DNA from: Ostrea edulis
Lineage: Eukaryota
NCBI RefSeq assembly: GCF_947568905.1
Contig: NC_079164.1
Coordinates: forward strand, 111,228,001 to 111,292,000
DNA: 64,000 nucleotides
Reading direction: 5' to 3'
Shown: positions 62,421 through 64,000 of the stretch, piece by piece
Layout: each line of letters begins with the position of its first letter
Numbering within the stretch: position 1 is the first letter of the stretch
The notes under the pieces: generated by a model
The model's database searches: none
Seen by the model: only the letters and a program-made list of their open reading frames with translations
Told to the model about the DNA's origin: nothing
Translations under genes and position numbers: made by a program

Positions 62421-63536
62421 TGTATCGAGTTCTCTTTGGATTTTGTCAGATTGAGCAAAGACTAACGATAAGTTGTAGAATAAACAAGAACAAATTTATT
62501 GTTTAAATAAATAAATAATATATAAAAACAAAATGTGCACACTCACTCCTTTCACTCTCAACACAAATTTACATGAATAAACAATTGACAATATAGATAT
62601 CTGATACGTTGTAAACAGTTCTTTTGAAAAGTTCGATAGTACGTATCAGATGTAAAGCAAATGTACAGGTATTAACTTTTCAAGTTAAAACAATATTCAA
62701 AAGTAGTATAATTTAGAAAAAGTTCCAATATTCAATTATCCTTTTCTGTAATATAATATTCTTTGGTTTTGTTTCTAAATTTCGAGTTACTTTAACATTA
62801 TAATGTAACTAATCTGCACTCTGAAGACACTGTTCCGGTTTCCCACTAACTTGCGATAAGCACGCCCAGAATGGAAAACAATCCACCACCATGCAAGCCT
62901 TGCACAAGCTATCGTCAGTTCCTGACAATACACCAGGGTTCCGATGACTCCCAATCTCGGGTTATTCTTTACTGAGCTACACCACACCCTTCCATATTGT
63001 AGCACAATATCCGCATGGACCTCCGTATATCTTAATCCTGCAACTCACTGCCTGCCTTCGGGTTGAAACTGGTTTTGTTAAACACCCATGTACGCATTGA
63101 AATTAATTTCATAAAAACCACTAACTTGCAACCAAACAAGAAACCGAGAACTCACAAACAACAAGACCGTGCTAGACTAATTATTAATACTCACGAACTA
63201 TCAGAATACAAACAAAACACGCTTACCGGCTAGGAAAAAGATGTGCCCTCCAAAAAACTCCTATTTCAGTAGTTTTTTTTCTCCCAATGTCCTACATAAA
63301 ATATGACAGGAAAATAGCCATCCCCTGAACTTCTAGGACCTGTCAACGTGGCACTCGGCTGATGTCGTTACCGTGCCCTATCTAACTTACAGCCAGCCAA
63401 ACCGGTCTCTTTTATACTAGCAACTAAAAATAACTCCCACCCGACTCACTCTTACCATAACCCATTCGCATCAAAATCAAAACAAACGAAAAATGCAAAA
63501 CGCTAAATCAGCAAAAACGGAATCAACTACATTACA
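62421..63536 (-). repeat. 5' LTR
   Basis: Direct repeat of 56747-57863. Confidence 0.95.
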
Positions 63537-63884
63537 ATTTGCTACTAAGATATATTATTTGAAGAATCAACAATCAAATATAAGATTGAGTCTATAATTC
63601 TAGAAGGGTGTAATTACCTTAAAGTGATATAGAAGAAAGGACCCGCAAAGATACAAATGTATGAATAGTACAGAGAGACTGCTTCATGTAAATTTGTTAT
63701 AGAACTACAATGTAAAAGGAGAACTGAAAGCTGCTACGATCCCATCATCAGAAGTGATATTGGAATCCGAGAAGAAACAAGAATCAAATAACGGAGAGTT
63801 GTTGTTAGTTGTTATATATTTTACCTCTGAAAGCCACAACGTCCTTTCTCAATGTCAAAGTCAGTGTTGCAACTTTATTATTTG

Positions 63885-64000
63885 ATGACCAAAAGTGTGT
63901 AAATAACTTACTGCGATAATGTCAGAATGTGTTTACTGATCATCCGGGAAAAACCGATGTAATCCAGCATGAACTTCACCAACAACAGATGAACCAATTA
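63885..64000 (+). mobile_element. Start of the RT region of a second, older Gypsy-type element (runs off the window)
   Basis: NLLR*CQNVFTDHPGKTDVIQHEL then (frameshift) TTDEPI, parallel to ILTHVPGRTNMLKHKLITTSETSI in the full-length element. Confidence 0.6.

Larger units (their letters stand above)
56747..63536 (-). mobile_element. Full-length Gmr1-type Ty3/Gypsy LTR retrotransposon (decayed)
   Basis: Two LTRs of about 1.12 kb with TG...CA ends and a 5-bp TSD ATTTG (56742-46 and 63537-41). PBS and PPT present. Internal order gag-PR-INT-RT-RH. Confidence 0.96.

Noticed and set aside
63707-63792. Possible terminal exon (ELQCKRRTESCYDPII...IK*) of the receptor
   Set aside because: The gene closes convincingly at 45560, and this stretch lies among retroelement debris 18 kb away.

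Overview
AT-rich eukaryotic genomic DNA, most likely a bivalve mollusc such as an oyster (inferred from the repeat families). One host gene is visible on the + strand: the 3' half of a nephrin-like type-I membrane receptor. I model it as 10 exons between 8820 and 45560 (857 coding nt, frame-consistent): FN3 domain, transmembrane helix, and a cytoplasmic tail with two ITAM-like YxxL/I-x8-YxxL motifs plus YETV, YYN and YVN motifs. The ORF track misses most of it because the exons are 19-90 nt. One microexon (29324-29345) is uncertain. The rest of the window is largely transposable elements: about 20 fragments of one Penelope-like (Naiad-type) retroelement, several L2/CR1-group LINE remnants, tRNA-derived SINEs, a complete but broken Tc1 (DD34E), Helentron-type non-autonomous elements with satellite cores, MITE-like palindromes, a foldback element with asymmetric repeat arrays, and a full-length decayed Gmr1-type Ty3/Gypsy LTR element (integrase upstream of RT) with TSD, PBS and PPT. 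I found no rRNA, true tRNA gene or CRISPR array. All calls were made by eye; no database search was run, and element boundaries without TSD/TIR evidence are approximate.
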